NCBI GenBank assembly: GCA_963707635.1
Contig: OY970173.1
Coordinates: 1,728,001 to 1,792,000 of the forward strand
Direction of reading: 5' to 3'
DNA: 64,000 nucleotides
Source of the DNA: Candidatus Latescibacterota bacterium
GTDB lineage: Bacteria > Krumholzibacteriota > Krumholzibacteriia > WVZY01 > JAKEHA01
The stretch's first letter is position 1. Every line of letters begins with the position of its first letter. Both the position numbers and the translations under genes were made by a program. The notes under the pieces are model-generated. The model did no database searches, was not told the origin of the DNA, and saw only the letters and a program-made list of their open reading frames with translations. This document shows, in pieces, positions 22,565 through 36,591 of the stretch.

Positions 22565-22568
<4 letters not shown>
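22161..22568 (-). CDS. mce: Methylmalonyl-CoA epimerase
   Basis: [32 protein letters not shown]; overlaps mutase stop. Confidence 0.92.
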
Positions 22569-24219
<1,651 letters not shown>

Positions 24220-24220
<1 letters not shown>

Positions 24221-24738
24221 CAGTCCCTCGCGATCGTGACCAGCGCGGTCTGTGATTCGATTTTGTCGCCCGCAGCGACCGCCACCCGCTTGACCACGCC
24301 CGCGACCTCGGTGGTCAGTTCGTTCCGCATCTTCATCGCCTCCATCACGACCACGGCGTCGCCGACGGCGACATGATCGCCCGCCGCGACGGGAACCTGG
24401 ACGACCAGCCCCGGCATGGGCGCCCGGATCACGTGGTCCCCGGTGTGCTTCTGGGCGCGTTCGGCGTCGCGGACCGCGACCAGCAGCTCGTCCAGCACCT
24501 CGACGTCGTAGTGGTGTCCCATCACGCGCGCGTAGTACTCGCCCAGCTCGGGGCGCACCGGCGCGCTCTCGATCAGATACGAGCGACCCTCGATCAACAG
24601 CGAAAACGTGTCGGCGTCGCCGAAGGTCCGGCAATCCACGCCCAGCACGCGCCCGTCGATCTCCACCCGGTAGCGGCCGTTCTCGCGCGACACCAAAATG
24701 ACCTTCTCGCGGCCATCGACGCGCACGATCATTTTCAC
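24220..24738 (-). CDS. Biotin carboxyl carrier subunit of acyl-CoA carboxylase
   Basis: APMPGLV, EAMKM biotinylation motif; start GTG 24738 or ATG 24732. Confidence 0.9.
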
Positions 24739-26237
24739 GCCGGCCACCGCCGGGTTGCTTCGGTGCGCGCGGCCTGTCGCCAGTCCGGGCTGCCGCCGTC
24801 GGCGGTCGCGTATCGAACCGTCCCGCGGTAGTCGTGCGCGGCGATGGCCGCCGCGATGGCGGCGAGCTCGATCTCGTCGTCGCGCTGGTGCAGCTTCGTC
24901 GGATCGAAGCGCGTCTCGATGGTGCCGGTGTGGTAGCTCCCGTCGATGAACGACGGCTCGGCGAGCGCCCACAAGAGGAAGTCGACGTTGGTGCGGATGG
25001 GTTCGCAGCGGTACTCGCGCAGCGCGCGCCGCGCGCGCAGGATCGCTTCCTCGCGCGTGTCCGCCCAGACCACCAGCTTGCCGATCATCGGGTCGTAGTA
25101 GATCGGGATGTCGTAGCCTTCGTAGACGCCGTTGTCGTTGCGCACCCCCGGACCCTGCGGCAGCACCAGCCGCTTGATGCGGCCGATCGAGGGCAGGAAG
25201 TTGTGCGCGGGGTCTTCGGCGTAGATGCGCATCTCGATCGCGTGCCCGCGCAGCACGACGTCGTCCTGCGACAGCGCCAGCTTCTCGCCGGCGGCGATCG
25301 CGATCTGCTGCTTCACCAGGTCGACGCCGTAGATCGCTTCCGTCACCGGGTGCTCCACCTGGAGGCGCGTGTTCATCTCGAGAAAGTAGAAACTGCGCTG
25401 TGCGTCGACGATGAACTCGACCGTCCCGGCGCCGCGATAGCCGACGGCGATCGCGGCCTTGCGCGCCGCCTCCGAGAGCGCCGCGCGCAGCGCGGGTGTC
25501 ACCACCGGCGAGGGAGCCTCTTCGATCACCTTCTGGTAGCGGCGCTGCATCGAGCATTCCCGCTCGCCGTAGCTGAGCGTGGTGTGTCCATCGGCCATCA
25601 CCTGAATCTCGATGTGCTTGGGCTGCTCGATGAGCTTCTCGATGTAGACCGACGGGTCCGAGAACGCGCTCTGCGCCTCGCCCATGGTGAGTTTGAGCGC
25701 GGCGGTGAACTCTTCCGCGCGCCGGACCACGCGCATCCCCTTGCCGCCGCCGCCCGCGGCGGCCTTGATCAGGACGGGGTAGCCCATGGCGGCGGCGACG
25801 CGGCCGGCTTCCTTCGGATCGCCGACGGGGCCGTCGCTGCCGGGGACGATGGGGACGCCCGCTTTCTTCATGGCCGCGCGCGCCTCGAGCTTGTTGCCCA
25901 TGGCGCGAATCGACGCCGGCGGTGGGCCGATGAAGACAAGCTCGTTGTCGAGGCAGGCCTGCGCGAAGTCCGCGTTCTCTGCGAGGAAGCCGTAACCGGG
26001 GTGGACGGCGTCCGCCCCGGCGGCACGCGCGGCGGCGATGATGTTGGCGATGTTGAGATAACTCTCCCGCGCCTCGGAGCCACCCACGGCGTGCGCCTCA
26101 TAGGCCTGCGACACGTGGAGGGCGGTGCGGTCGGCCTCGGAGTAGATCGCGACCGGCGTGATCCCCATCTCCTTGCACGCGCGGGCAACGCGCACGGCGA
26201 TCTCGCCGCGGTTCGCGATCAGGATCTTGTCGAACAT
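24735..26237 (-). CDS. accC: Biotin carboxylase subunit (acetyl/propionyl-CoA carboxylase)
   Basis: [45 protein letters not shown]. Confidence 0.93.
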   Translation of the reverse strand: MFDKILIANRGEIAVRVARACKEMGITPVAIYSEADRTALHVSQAYEAHAVGGSEARESYLNIANIIAAARAAGADAVHPGYGFLAENADFAQACLDNELVFIGPPPASIRAMGNKLEARAAMKKAGVPIVPGSDGPVGDPKEAGRVAAAMGYPVLIKAAAGGGGKGMRVVRRAEEFTAALKLTMGEAQSAFSDPSVYIEKLIEQPKHIEIQVMADGHTTLSYGERECSMQRRYQKVIEEAPSPVVTPALRAALSEAARKAAIAVGYRGAGTVEFIVDAQRSFYFLEMNTRLQVEHPVTEAIYGVDLVKQQIAIAAGEKLALSQDDVVLRGHAIEMRIYAEDPAHNFLPSIGRIKRLVLPQGPGVRNDNGVYEGYDIPIYYDPMIGKLVVWADTREEAILRARRALREYRCEPIRTNVDFLLWALAEPSFIDGSYHTGTIETRFDPTKLHQRDDEIELAAIAAAIAAHDYRGTVRYATADGGSPDWRQAARTEATRRWPA

Positions 26238-26251
26238 GTATCTCCTATTGC

Positions 26252-26350
26252 GCGCGGGTCCTGTCGCCGACAGCCCGCCGCGGCTCGCTTCGTCCGCGCC
26301 TGCGCACTAGACTCGCTCGCCGCACGGGCGCCCGTCGGCGCCACCCGCGC
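26252..26350. repeat. Nested-hairpin intergenic element, family A copy 1
   Basis: 97-nt core is 92/97 identical to 36471-36567; terminal IR GCGCGGGT/ACCCGCGC. Confidence 0.9.
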
Positions 26351-26365
26351 AGCAATTGCATCTCG

Positions 26366-27919
<1,554 letters not shown>

Positions 27920-28166
27920 GGGGCGCTTCGATACCTGGGCCTCGCCGGCTGGCGGCGGGCAACGGGTGGCGCGAACAACGCCACGACGAGGGGTGCGTCC
28001 GCGGCACCGGTTAACCCACGTTATGGCAAGGAATTAGTTTTGCGGATTGTATTTCGGCGCCCGCGGCGGCGTCAATGTTTTCGGTTGCCAGTTGCATGTA
28101 ATTGCTGATATTATAGATACGTACGCGGTCCGTGGGGGGCCGCGACTTCACGAACGGGAGGAGAAG

Positions 28167-28781
28167 TTGCGCCGACCGCTTTTGTTTTTTTGGGCTGTAG
28201 TACTGATCGCGGGTGGAATGGGTTGTGGGGACAAGAAAGGGACACAGGAGTCGAACGCGACGGGCGGAACCAGCTCCATCGCGACGAACCAGATCCCGGA
28301 TAGCAACGTGACGTCGACCCCGGGTGAAGCGCTCGGGGAAAACAGCATGAACACCCCCAGGGAAGGGGTGTGGATGCGCCCGTATTTCGACGAAGCCGGG
28401 GCTACCGAGCTGACCGTCTCCGTGGGCGAGGAGTTCGATATCCTCCTGTTCGCAGACACTGTCGAGCCGTATTCCACCAACGCCGCCCAGTTCCGGATGG
28501 ACCTTCCACCCGGCGTCACGGTCAACGGCGTGACGGAGACCGAGGAACGCTCGATCTCGGCGGGTCGCTATGATACCGGGTACATGATCGCCTATAACTG
28601 CCAGCCGGCCGGGAAGTTTCGAATCATCACGTTTCACTGCGTCGCCGAGGCGGGTTTTCGCGGCGGCGAGATCAAATTGGTGGCGGGTGTAGGTGGGGAC
28701 GTGCCTTACCTCGGGTTTTCGACCTGCAATTATCTCGAGCTGGCGGCCAACACCGGGACGGCAACACTCAAGCAGAGGTAG
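28167..28781 (+). CDS. Hypothetical lipoprotein, possible cohesin-like beta-sandwich
   Basis: GGAGGAG RBS, TTG start, hydrophobic stretch ending GMG-C, Ser/Thr linker. Confidence 0.6.
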   Translation: MRRPLLFFWAVVLIAGGMGCGDKKGTQESNATGGTSSIATNQIPDSNVTSTPGEALGENSMNTPREGVWMRPYFDEAGATELTVSVGEEFDILLFADTVEPYSTNAAQFRMDLPPGVTVNGVTETEERSISAGRYDTGYMIAYNCQPAGKFRIITFHCVAEAGFRGGEIKLVAGVGGDVPYLGFSTCNYLELAANTGTATLKQR

Positions 28782-28844
28782 TACGTAGTCACGGATCCAC
28801 GAATTAGCATCCCACGCGTGGGTCAGCACCGAAAGGTTTGCAGC

Positions 28845-31737
28845 ATGAGTCGCGGGGTTGTTCTGGCCGGCCTGCTGGCCGGTGTGTGCCTGGCAGGGTC
28901 TTCGTTCGCCATGACGTCAAAGCGCGACGGGAGTCCGCTCCCGGGGTCGTACTGGCGCGCGAGGGAAAAGGACGCGCGCGCGTTCACGATGAAGCGCGCG
29001 TGGGTGCAGAAGGCGCAGCGCCTTCGGATCGAGCGCGACCGGTATCTGCCGCAGAATCGGAGCCAGACTCCGCTCGCCGCGCTTCCAGCATCGCTCGCGG
29101 TGACCGGGACGATGCGCGTGCCAGTGCTGCCGGGCAAGTATTCCGATATCGCGGCTGTGCCGGTGTCAAGCGCCAGCCTTCAAAACCAACTCTTCGCCAG
29201 CAACCCGACCGGGACTGTCTCTCAGTACTACAACGAAGTGTCTTACGGGCAGCTTGCTGTCACAGGCGACGTGATGGCGTGGACGTCGGTCACGGGCACC
29301 GGGGTGTACTATGAGGGCGGCGTCAACGGGTTGGAACCGCCCGCGCGGACCGGCGAGTTCATCAAGGAGATTCTCGACGTCCGGGACGTCGCGCTGAACT
29401 TCGGGCTCTACGACAACGACGGACCGGACGGGCTCCCCAACTCAGGCGACGACGATGGTTTCGTCGACGCGGTGGTCTTCGTCCACGGCGAGGTTGGCGG
29501 CGAGTGCGGCGGGCCCAACATCATCTCGCATTCGTGGACCTATTCGTCGTGGCCGGCCTCTGGTGGCATTCCGTATACGACCAACGATTCGCGCACCGGC
29601 GGGGGCTTCATCCAGATCGACGACTACGTGATCGCCCCCGCACTCAATTGCGGCGCGGTCGCGCCCTACACCTCGGACGAGATCATCGACATCGGTGTCT
29701 ACTGCCACGAGCTTGGTCACATGCTCGGACTCCCCGACCTCTACGACCGCGACGGGGGGACCAACGGCATCGGCCACTGGGGCCTCATGGGCGCGGGCGT
29801 GTGGAACACGCCGGAACGGCCGGCACACTTCGATGCGTGGTGCCGTTCCGAGCTGGGCTGGGTGTCCCCCATCGACGTGGGCTGGCAGGCCACCACCGTC
29901 GCCATTCCCAACGTCGAACAGAATGCGGCGGTGTACCGCCTTCCATTCACCGACGAGCGTTTTCGCCGCATGACGGCGTGTGCGATCAACGGGTCGTATT
30001 CGATGTACTGCGGGTTGACCGCGGCCGAGGGCACGACGCGCGGCTGGGCGTCTCCGGGGCCGGTCGGCGGCTATGGCTCCAACTGGCACCAGACCCTCGA
30101 GCGCGACTTCGTATACTCGGGCAGCGGGTCGGTTTCGTTTCAGTACGACTATTCCTACGACCTCGAGCTGGGGTACGACTTCGCCTACGCGCTCGTCGAG
30201 GTCAACGGCACCGAGTACACCCTGGCGACCTACTCCGGCACCGGCGCAGGAACCGCGACCATCGACGTGACACCGCGCCTGGCGCCGCTCGCGGGTGCGG
30301 GAGGCACCTACACGCTCAAGTTCCGCGCCACCAGCGATTACTCGTTCGACGACTCGGACGGCCAGGACCCTTCCTCGTGCGGAGCGTTCGTGGTCGACGA
30401 TGTGAGCGTGAACGGCGGCGGAACCGCATACGCGACCGACTTCGAAACCCGCGCAGACGGCTGGTATCAGGACCCGTCCGAAAACCCATCGTCGGAGTAC
30501 TGGCTGGTCGAGAATCGACGCCGGCTCGGGTTCGATCAGAATCTGCACGGCGAAGGGCTCCTCATCTGGCACGTCGACAACGAAGTGCTGCACGCTCCGC
30601 TCGCGGTCAACGACGGCACGGGGGGAAACGTGCGCGGCCTGGTGCTGGAGGAAGCGGACGGCTACGACATGACGGGGAGCAACAACGGCGAGGCCGAGGA
30701 CGCGTACCCGGGCCCGCTCAACAAGACCTCGTTCACCTCGCTCACGACACCGAACAGCACGGATAACACCGGGCGCAGCACGCGCATCGAAGTGACCAAC
30801 ATCGGGCCGTCGCGGGTCGATCGCATCGGCGACGCTTCGGGCCGGCGACGCGGGTCCGACCGGATCCGCGGTGGATCCAATCTCCATCGACAACGACCAG
30901 GTCGCCGTGGTGGTGGAGATCGCCGGCACCGGGTTGAAACACGGCGCGACCATCCTGCTTTCGCTCAGCGGGGGAGCCGCCAGTGCCCCGGGCGACAACA
31001 CCGACGGCGAGGACGTCGTCGCGACCTCGCTGGAGTGGGTCGACCCCACCTTGATTCGCGGCACCGTGAATGTGTACTCGAAGACGCCCGGACTCTGGGA
31101 CGTGATCGTCACCAACCCCGACGGGCAGTGGTTCTCGCTCCCGGGTGCTGTGACGATCAAGTACGTGGTGGCGACGCAACTGGTCTCCGCGTCGGTCGAC
31201 GTCGTGGGCGACGGCGTGCGGCTGCGCTATCAACTCACGGGCCGCGAACCGGGGGAAGTATTGCGCCTGTATCGGTCCGAACGGCAGAACGGCGGCTGGA
31301 CCGTGATCGCGGGCGACCTGCAGCCGGTGCACGCGGAGAGCTATCAGTTCGTCGACGACGACGTCGCGGCGGGTGCCACCTACTACTACCTGCTGGAGTC
31401 GCGCCTGGAGACCGGTGAGGCCCGCGAGCTGCATCGCGGGGTCGCGGTCGTGCCGGCGCGGGAGATGGTCCTCGAACAGAATCACCCCAACCCGTTCAAC
31501 CCGACGACGTCGATTCGTCTCTATCTGCCGGCGCGCACCGACGTCGCGCTCGACGTCTACGACGTGACCGGCGCGCTGGTGCGGCGCCTGGCGAGCGGGA
31601 CGTTCGATTCGGGCTCACACGTGGTGGAGTGGGACGGCACCGACGCGAACGGACGCCCGGTTGCGTCGGGAGTGTACATCTATCGCATCGTTGCCGACCG
31701 CCACTCGATCAGCCGCAAGATGATGCTGCTGAAGTAA
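28845..31737 (+). CDS. M6 (immune inhibitor A) metalloprotease with C-terminal FlgD Ig-like domain; frameshift near 30812
   Basis: YYNEVSYG, DNDGPDG, CHELGHMLGLPDLYD, EYWLVENR; C-terminus NHPNPFNPTT...WDGTD...ASGVYIY in ORF 30871..31737. Confidence 0.88.
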
Positions 31738-31799
31738 TCCTCGATTCCTCGATCTCGAAAGTGACCCGGTCTTCGAGCCCCGAAGGGCGCTTCGCTGAC

Positions 31800-32345
31800 C
31801 GGGTTTTTCATTTGGGCAAGAGTGAGCGATCACAAGGGCGCTGGGTGACGGCGTGGATCGAATTTCCTCGAGGGTACAACGCTCGCGACGTTGACCTCGC
31901 CTCCATCCGGCTCAACCAGAGTGTCTCCGCGGTGTCGATGAAGGTGGCAGGGAGGAAATGGTTGCGGGTCAAGTTCGACCGCGGCGACGTAATCGCTGCG
32001 CTGGCGCCGGGGCCGCGGGCGGAGGTGACGGTGACTGGCCGCATAGCCGGCGCGCTCTTCGAAGGTCACGACGTGATAAGAAGGACAAGAACCGACGGCC
32101 GCCATGACTTTCCGTTCGCGACTTCGACGTTGCCGGGTACGAGCCTGTCGGACTGCGCCCCCAATCCGTTCAATCCCGTGACGACGATTCAGTACCACAT
32201 CGCCGGGGCGGGATGGGTGTCGCTGGCCGTCTACGACGTCTCTGGGCGTCTCGTGCGCAGTCTCGTGGCTGGTGAGCAAAGTCCCCGGAGCGGGGATATA
32301 GCGTGCAGTGGGACGGACGCGACGGCAACGGCGCCGCGGGCTCCA
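31800..32345 (+). pseudogene. Remnant C-terminus of a FlgD-Ig-tailed secreted protein
   Basis: KFDRGDV, CAPNPFNPVTTI, VYDVSGRLVRSL, then QWDGRDG in another frame; no signal peptide or plausible start. Confidence 0.55.
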
Positions 32346-32348
32346 GCG

Positions 32349-35036
32349 CTACCGCTCGACCACCATCACCGAGTTCTTCCCGCCGTACCCGTCCGCTTCT
32401 TCGATCTTCGAGGAAGGGTCGAGGACCTGTTTGCGCTGGTCGACCAGGAATCGGTACGCGTAGCGTCCCGGCGGCAGCGACAGCGTCAACTCCCAGCCAT
32501 CGGTTACCTTGTTCATCGGATTTGCTTCGGGCGACCACCCGTTGAAGTTTCCCACCACCGCCACCGTCTTCGCCTCTGGGTCCTGGTAGTGCAGCGTGAT
32601 CAAACGCCGTGACTCCTGGGTCGATGTGCCGGTGCCGAGCTCGCGCGCGGTCAGCTCGCGGTAGCCGCCCGCCAGCTCCAGCAGGTTGTTGTCGAACTCG
32701 TCCGCGGCCAGATTGCCGTCGTCGCCCAGCGCGAACCACACCCGCGCGTTCGCATTGCCGGTCAGCTTGATGAGCACGTGGTTCTTGTCGGCGTCGAGGT
32801 GGACCATCGCGGACGTCGAGTCTCCGGCCGCGCCCGCCGTCACCGCCGCGCGGCGTCCGTTGACGTACAGCGCGGCGCGGCAATTCGAGGACAAGAGCGC
32901 CTGCACGTCGGTTTCGTACGCGCACGCGACGACCGTGTACAGGTAGTAGACGCCGGTCTGCTCGGCCAGGCCGCGCAGCGCGATTTCGCCGCGCGAGCCG
33001 CTGGCGACGTCGGGCACCACGTGCCACTGCACCTTGCCGCCGATGCCGTCGTAGCGCTGGAGGAGGTTGACGCCCTTCTCGGGGGGATAGACCTTGTCCA
33101 TCCCGCCGGAGGGTGAGAACGGCCCGACGTACGTCCACTGGTACGCCTTGAACAGGCTCGACGTGATGGTACCGGCGTCCCGATCGCTGGAATAGAACTT
33201 GAGCGTGAATGGAAACAGACCCGGGCGGCACGGGCTGGGAATCTCGACGTGCAGCCGGGTCCCGGTCGAGTCGCCCGCGCCGAACGAAATGGTGCCGGAG
33301 CTGCCTTCCTTCAGTTTCAGGCCCGCGGGGCTGAACCAGAAGTACTGCGCGGCGAAGGAGCCCGCCGAGTGCCGCTTCATCGCGATCTCGATCGGCACGA
33401 CGTCGTTCTGGATGGTGCGCCCGGCCGGGAAACGCGCGACGACGTCGACCGGGGGGTTGACGTAGACCGAGCGATCGACGTAGTACCGCCGCCGCGTTCC
33501 CAGCGAATCCTCCAGCATCAGCATGAAGGTGGACGTCTTGAGGATCCCCGCGCCCTGGCGAACGGTGTGCCGGGTCGTAAATCGCAGCGGGGTCGCCGTC
33601 GCGACCCGAACCGGCGTGGTCTTGTTGATGGCGACCAGCGTCTCGCCGAACACCCCGGCCGCGATGCTCTTCCACGCCGCGGGCAGGCGCGTCGAGATCT
33701 CCCACCGCATGGTGATGCTTTCCCCGGTGACGACGGCGTCGGCGGCGAGTTGGGCGTTCACGCGAATCCCCGCCGGGTCGAAGCGCATGCGCAAGAGGCG
33801 CGTCTCCGCGCGCCGCGTGACGGCGAGCACGTCGTCGAGCAGGCGCTGGGCGGCGACGGTCGGGTCGCCGCTCACGAAGTTGCTGCGCTCGTCGTCGGTG
33901 AAGAACGCGCGCGTGCGGAGCTTCTCGCGCAAGGACGACGTGGAGGCGTAGACGGTGCGAATCGCCATCTCGGCCGCGTCCAGGGCTATTCCTTTGGCCG
34001 GGGTGTCGTCCTCCGCGGCGGCCAGTGTTTTCACCGCCGGAAGGCTGCGCTCCAGCTGCACGATTTCGACGTCGGTCAGCTTCTGCGACCCGCGCGCGAT
34101 GAGAAACATCAGGTCGAGCGGCAGCGTGCGGTCGAACAGCGGAGCGGGAATGGTCGCGCGCTCGAGCGCATACCGCGCCACCGCACCGCCGGTCGGGGGT
34201 GTTTCCGTGCCGCCGAGGGCCGCCACGATCGGATCGTGCCCGCGGTGGCGCAGCACGTCGACCGCCGAGAGCCGTTCGACGGCGCGCGCTTCCTGGTCTT
34301 CGATGGTCACCGACGGGGCGGCCGCCTCGCTCGCCCAGCGCACGACGTGGTAGGCCACCTTGTCGGCGCAGTTTTCGCCCAGCGCGTCGGGGAACGACGC
34401 CGGCAGCGCGGCGACCGGGTTCAAGCTCCGCACCGAACGTCCGCTGACCGGGTCGCGCGGAAAGAAGTAGTTCGCCTCCGCGTCGTAGAACACGGCGACG
34501 GTGGCCCGCTCGAGCATGCGCCCGGTGTCGTACCAGAACAGCGCCGCGGGCATGCGGCGCAGCTCGAGGTTCATCCGCGCCAGGTTGCGCAGGTCGAGAG
34601 CCAAAAGTGAGTTGAACGCCGGGTCTTCCATCGGGGCGTTGCGCGCCGCCCACGGAGCCGCGGTTTCCACCAGCCGGTCACCGTCGCGGTCCGCCGAGGT
34701 CATGAGGAAGCGGTAGTAGCGCGCGATCGAATACGCCGCCTGGCTAAACGTGGGCGTGTCGTTGGTCGCGCGAAACGCGTCCACTGCGGCGGATGCCAGC
34801 AGGGGATAGGTTTCGAACCCGCGCATCGGGTCGGGCAGCACGTAGTTGCCGTTGGGCGCCTGGGTGCGGAACACGGCGCCCAGCTCGGTCTCGATGGCGC
34901 GCGCCGTCTCAATCGTCAGGCGGCCGCTGGCGGACACGGTCGCCGCGTCCGCCACGGCGCCGCTGGGGATCATGAGAATCGACAGCGTGACCCGCAGCAG
35001 GAGCAGCTGGTGGATGAGAGGTTTGCGCCGCCGCAA
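32349..35036 (-). CDS. Secreted multidomain protein: degenerate (alpha/alpha)6 glycoside-hydrolase-like N-terminus and C-terminal CBM48/AMPK glycogen-binding domain
   Basis: TTG start with GGTGGA upstream and signal-peptide-like N-terminus (start uncertain); EDPAFNSLLALD..LARM; VAVVGNFNGW, LPPGRYAYRFLVD, DGYGGKNSV. Confidence 0.65.
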   Translation of the reverse strand: MRRRKPLIHQLLLLRVTLSILMIPSGAVADAATVSASGRLTIETARAIETELGAVFRTQAPNGNYVLPDPMRGFETYPLLASAAVDAFRATNDTPTFSQAAYSIARYYRFLMTSADRDGDRLVETAAPWAARNAPMEDPAFNSLLALDLRNLARMNLELRRMPAALFWYDTGRMLERATVAVFYDAEANYFFPRDPVSGRSVRSLNPVAALPASFPDALGENCADKVAYHVVRWASEAAAPSVTIEDQEARAVERLSAVDVLRHRGHDPIVAALGGTETPPTGGAVARYALERATIPAPLFDRTLPLDLMFLIARGSQKLTDVEIVQLERSLPAVKTLAAAEDDTPAKGIALDAAEMAIRTVYASTSSLREKLRTRAFFTDDERSNFVSGDPTVAAQRLLDDVLAVTRRAETRLLRMRFDPAGIRVNAQLAADAVVTGESITMRWEISTRLPAAWKSIAAGVFGETLVAINKTTPVRVATATPLRFTTRHTVRQGAGILKTSTFMLMLEDSLGTRRRYYVDRSVYVNPPVDVVARFPAGRTIQNDVVPIEIAMKRHSAGSFAAQYFWFSPAGLKLKEGSSGTISFGAGDSTGTRLHVEIPSPCRPGLFPFTLKFYSSDRDAGTITSSLFKAYQWTYVGPFSPSGGMDKVYPPEKGVNLLQRYDGIGGKVQWHVVPDVASGSRGEIALRGLAEQTGVYYLYTVVACAYETDVQALLSSNCRAALYVNGRRAAVTAGAAGDSTSAMVHLDADKNHVLIKLTGNANARVWFALGDDGNLAADEFDNNLLELAGGYRELTARELGTGTSTQESRRLITLHYQDPEAKTVAVVGNFNGWSPEANPMNKVTDGWELTLSLPPGRYAYRFLVDQRKQVLDPSSKIEEADGYGGKNSVMVVER

Positions 35037-35276
35037 GCCGTTGATCCACCGGTTGCCGCCGAAATGTCCAAGTTGATTGAATTTCATGGGATAGAAGAAA
35101 ATCCGGGTGGTGCGAAGCAAGGACCGAACCCAACGACTCCCGGGCGGCGGTTTTTCTTGACGATGCCGGACCCGGTCGGATAGGCTCCAGCCCAAGCAAC
35201 CTGTTGACATTTAATCTGTTAATATGCCGATCCCGCAGGATGGGTCGCCTGTCTTCGCCGGATTCTTGAGGGAAGC

Positions 35277-36461
35277 GTGTCCTCGCGCGTCGCCATTCTC
35301 GAGGCAAAACGTACACCCATCGGCAAGTTCCTCGGTGCATTTCGGAATCACTCGGCAGTCAAGCTGGGCGCAGACGCCTCTCGCGCCGTGCTGCTGTCGT
35401 CGAAGACCGCGCCCGACGACGTCGATGAAGTGATCTTCGGCCACGCCCGCCAGGCGGGCAACGGGCCCAACCCCGCGCGACAGGTGGGAGTCCGCTCCGG
35501 TGTGCCCGAGGCGACCTGCGCATTCACGGTGAACGCGGCGTGCGGGTCGGGGCTCAAAGCGATCGCGCTGGGCGCGGACTCGATCCGCCTCGGCCGCGCG
35601 GAGATCGTCCTTGCCGGCGGCATGGAGAACATGACCCAGGTGCCGTTCCTCCTCGACCGCGTGCGTGAAGGCTACCGGCTCGGGCACGCGCCTCTGGTCG
35701 ACGACATGTACCGCGACGGGTTCCTCTGCCCGCTCTGCGAGATGGTGATGGGCGAGACCGCCGAAGTGCTCGCGGAGGAATTCAAGATCTCGCGCGGTGA
35801 ACAAGACGGCTGGGCGGCGATGAGTCAGAACCGCGCGGAACGCGCGACGGCGGCCGGCGTGTTCGCGGAAGAGATCGTTCCGGTGACGGTGCCGGCGGAA
35901 CGCGGCGAGCCGGTGACGGTCGCGCGCGACGAGCATCCGCGGCCGGGAGTTACCGCGGTGTCGCTCGCGAAACTGGCGCCGGTGTTCAAGTCGAAGGGGA
36001 CGGTCACGGCGGGAAACGCCTCCGGCATCACCGACGGCGCGGCGGCAATCATTCTCGCGTCTGAGGCCGCGGCGGCCAGGTCGAAGCGCGCACCGCTGGG
36101 ATGGGTGCGCGACTTCGTGATGGTCGGCGTGGAGCCGCGTCGGATGGGCATCGGACCCGTGCCGGCGGTGCGCGCGCTCCTGGAGCGCAACCAGCTTTCA
36201 CTGGGAGACGTCGACCTGATCGAGCTCAACGAAGCGTTCGCCGCCCAGGTGATCGCGTGCGAGCGCGAACTTCGATTCGATCGCGAGAAGGTGAACGTGA
36301 ACGGCGGGTCCATCAGCCTCGGCCACCCGATCGGGTGCTCCGGCGCGCGCATCGTGGTGACACTCGTGCATCAGATGCGGCGCGCGGGCGCGAAACTCGG
36401 GCTCGCCACGCTGTGCGTGAGCGGCGGCATGGGCATGGCAATGCTGATCGAACGGGACTAG
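35277..36461 (+). CDS. Thiolase 2
   Basis: VNAACGSG, NEAF, GHPIGCSG, CVSGGMG. Confidence 0.93.
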   Translation: MSSRVAILEAKRTPIGKFLGAFRNHSAVKLGADASRAVLLSSKTAPDDVDEVIFGHARQAGNGPNPARQVGVRSGVPEATCAFTVNAACGSGLKAIALGADSIRLGRAEIVLAGGMENMTQVPFLLDRVREGYRLGHAPLVDDMYRDGFLCPLCEMVMGETAEVLAEEFKISRGEQDGWAAMSQNRAERATAAGVFAEEIVPVTVPAERGEPVTVARDEHPRPGVTAVSLAKLAPVFKSKGTVTAGNASGITDGAAAIILASEAAAARSKRAPLGWVRDFVMVGVEPRRMGIGPVPAVRALLERNQLSLGDVDLIELNEAFAAQVIACERELRFDREKVNVNGGSISLGHPIGCSGARIVVTLVHQMRRAGAKLGLATLCVSGGMGMAMLIERD

Positions 36462-36468
36462 GTATGTC

Positions 36469-36569
36469 GCCGCGGGTCCTGTCGCCGACAGCCCGGTGCG
36501 GCTCGCTTCGTCCGCGCCTACGCACTAGACTCGCTCGCCGTCCGGGCGCCCGTCGGCGCCACCCGCGGC
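36469..36569. repeat. Nested-hairpin intergenic element, family A copy 2
   Basis: Near-identical to 26253-26349; terminal IR GCCGCGGGT/ACCCGCGGC. Confidence 0.9.
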
Positions 36570-36591
36570 AGCACAAGGAAGGGAGACAAAC

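Noticed and set aside
26252..26350. Family A element as a cobalamin or other riboswitch
   Set aside because: No B12-box or other riboswitch consensus recognised, and copies occur in both orientations relative to transcription
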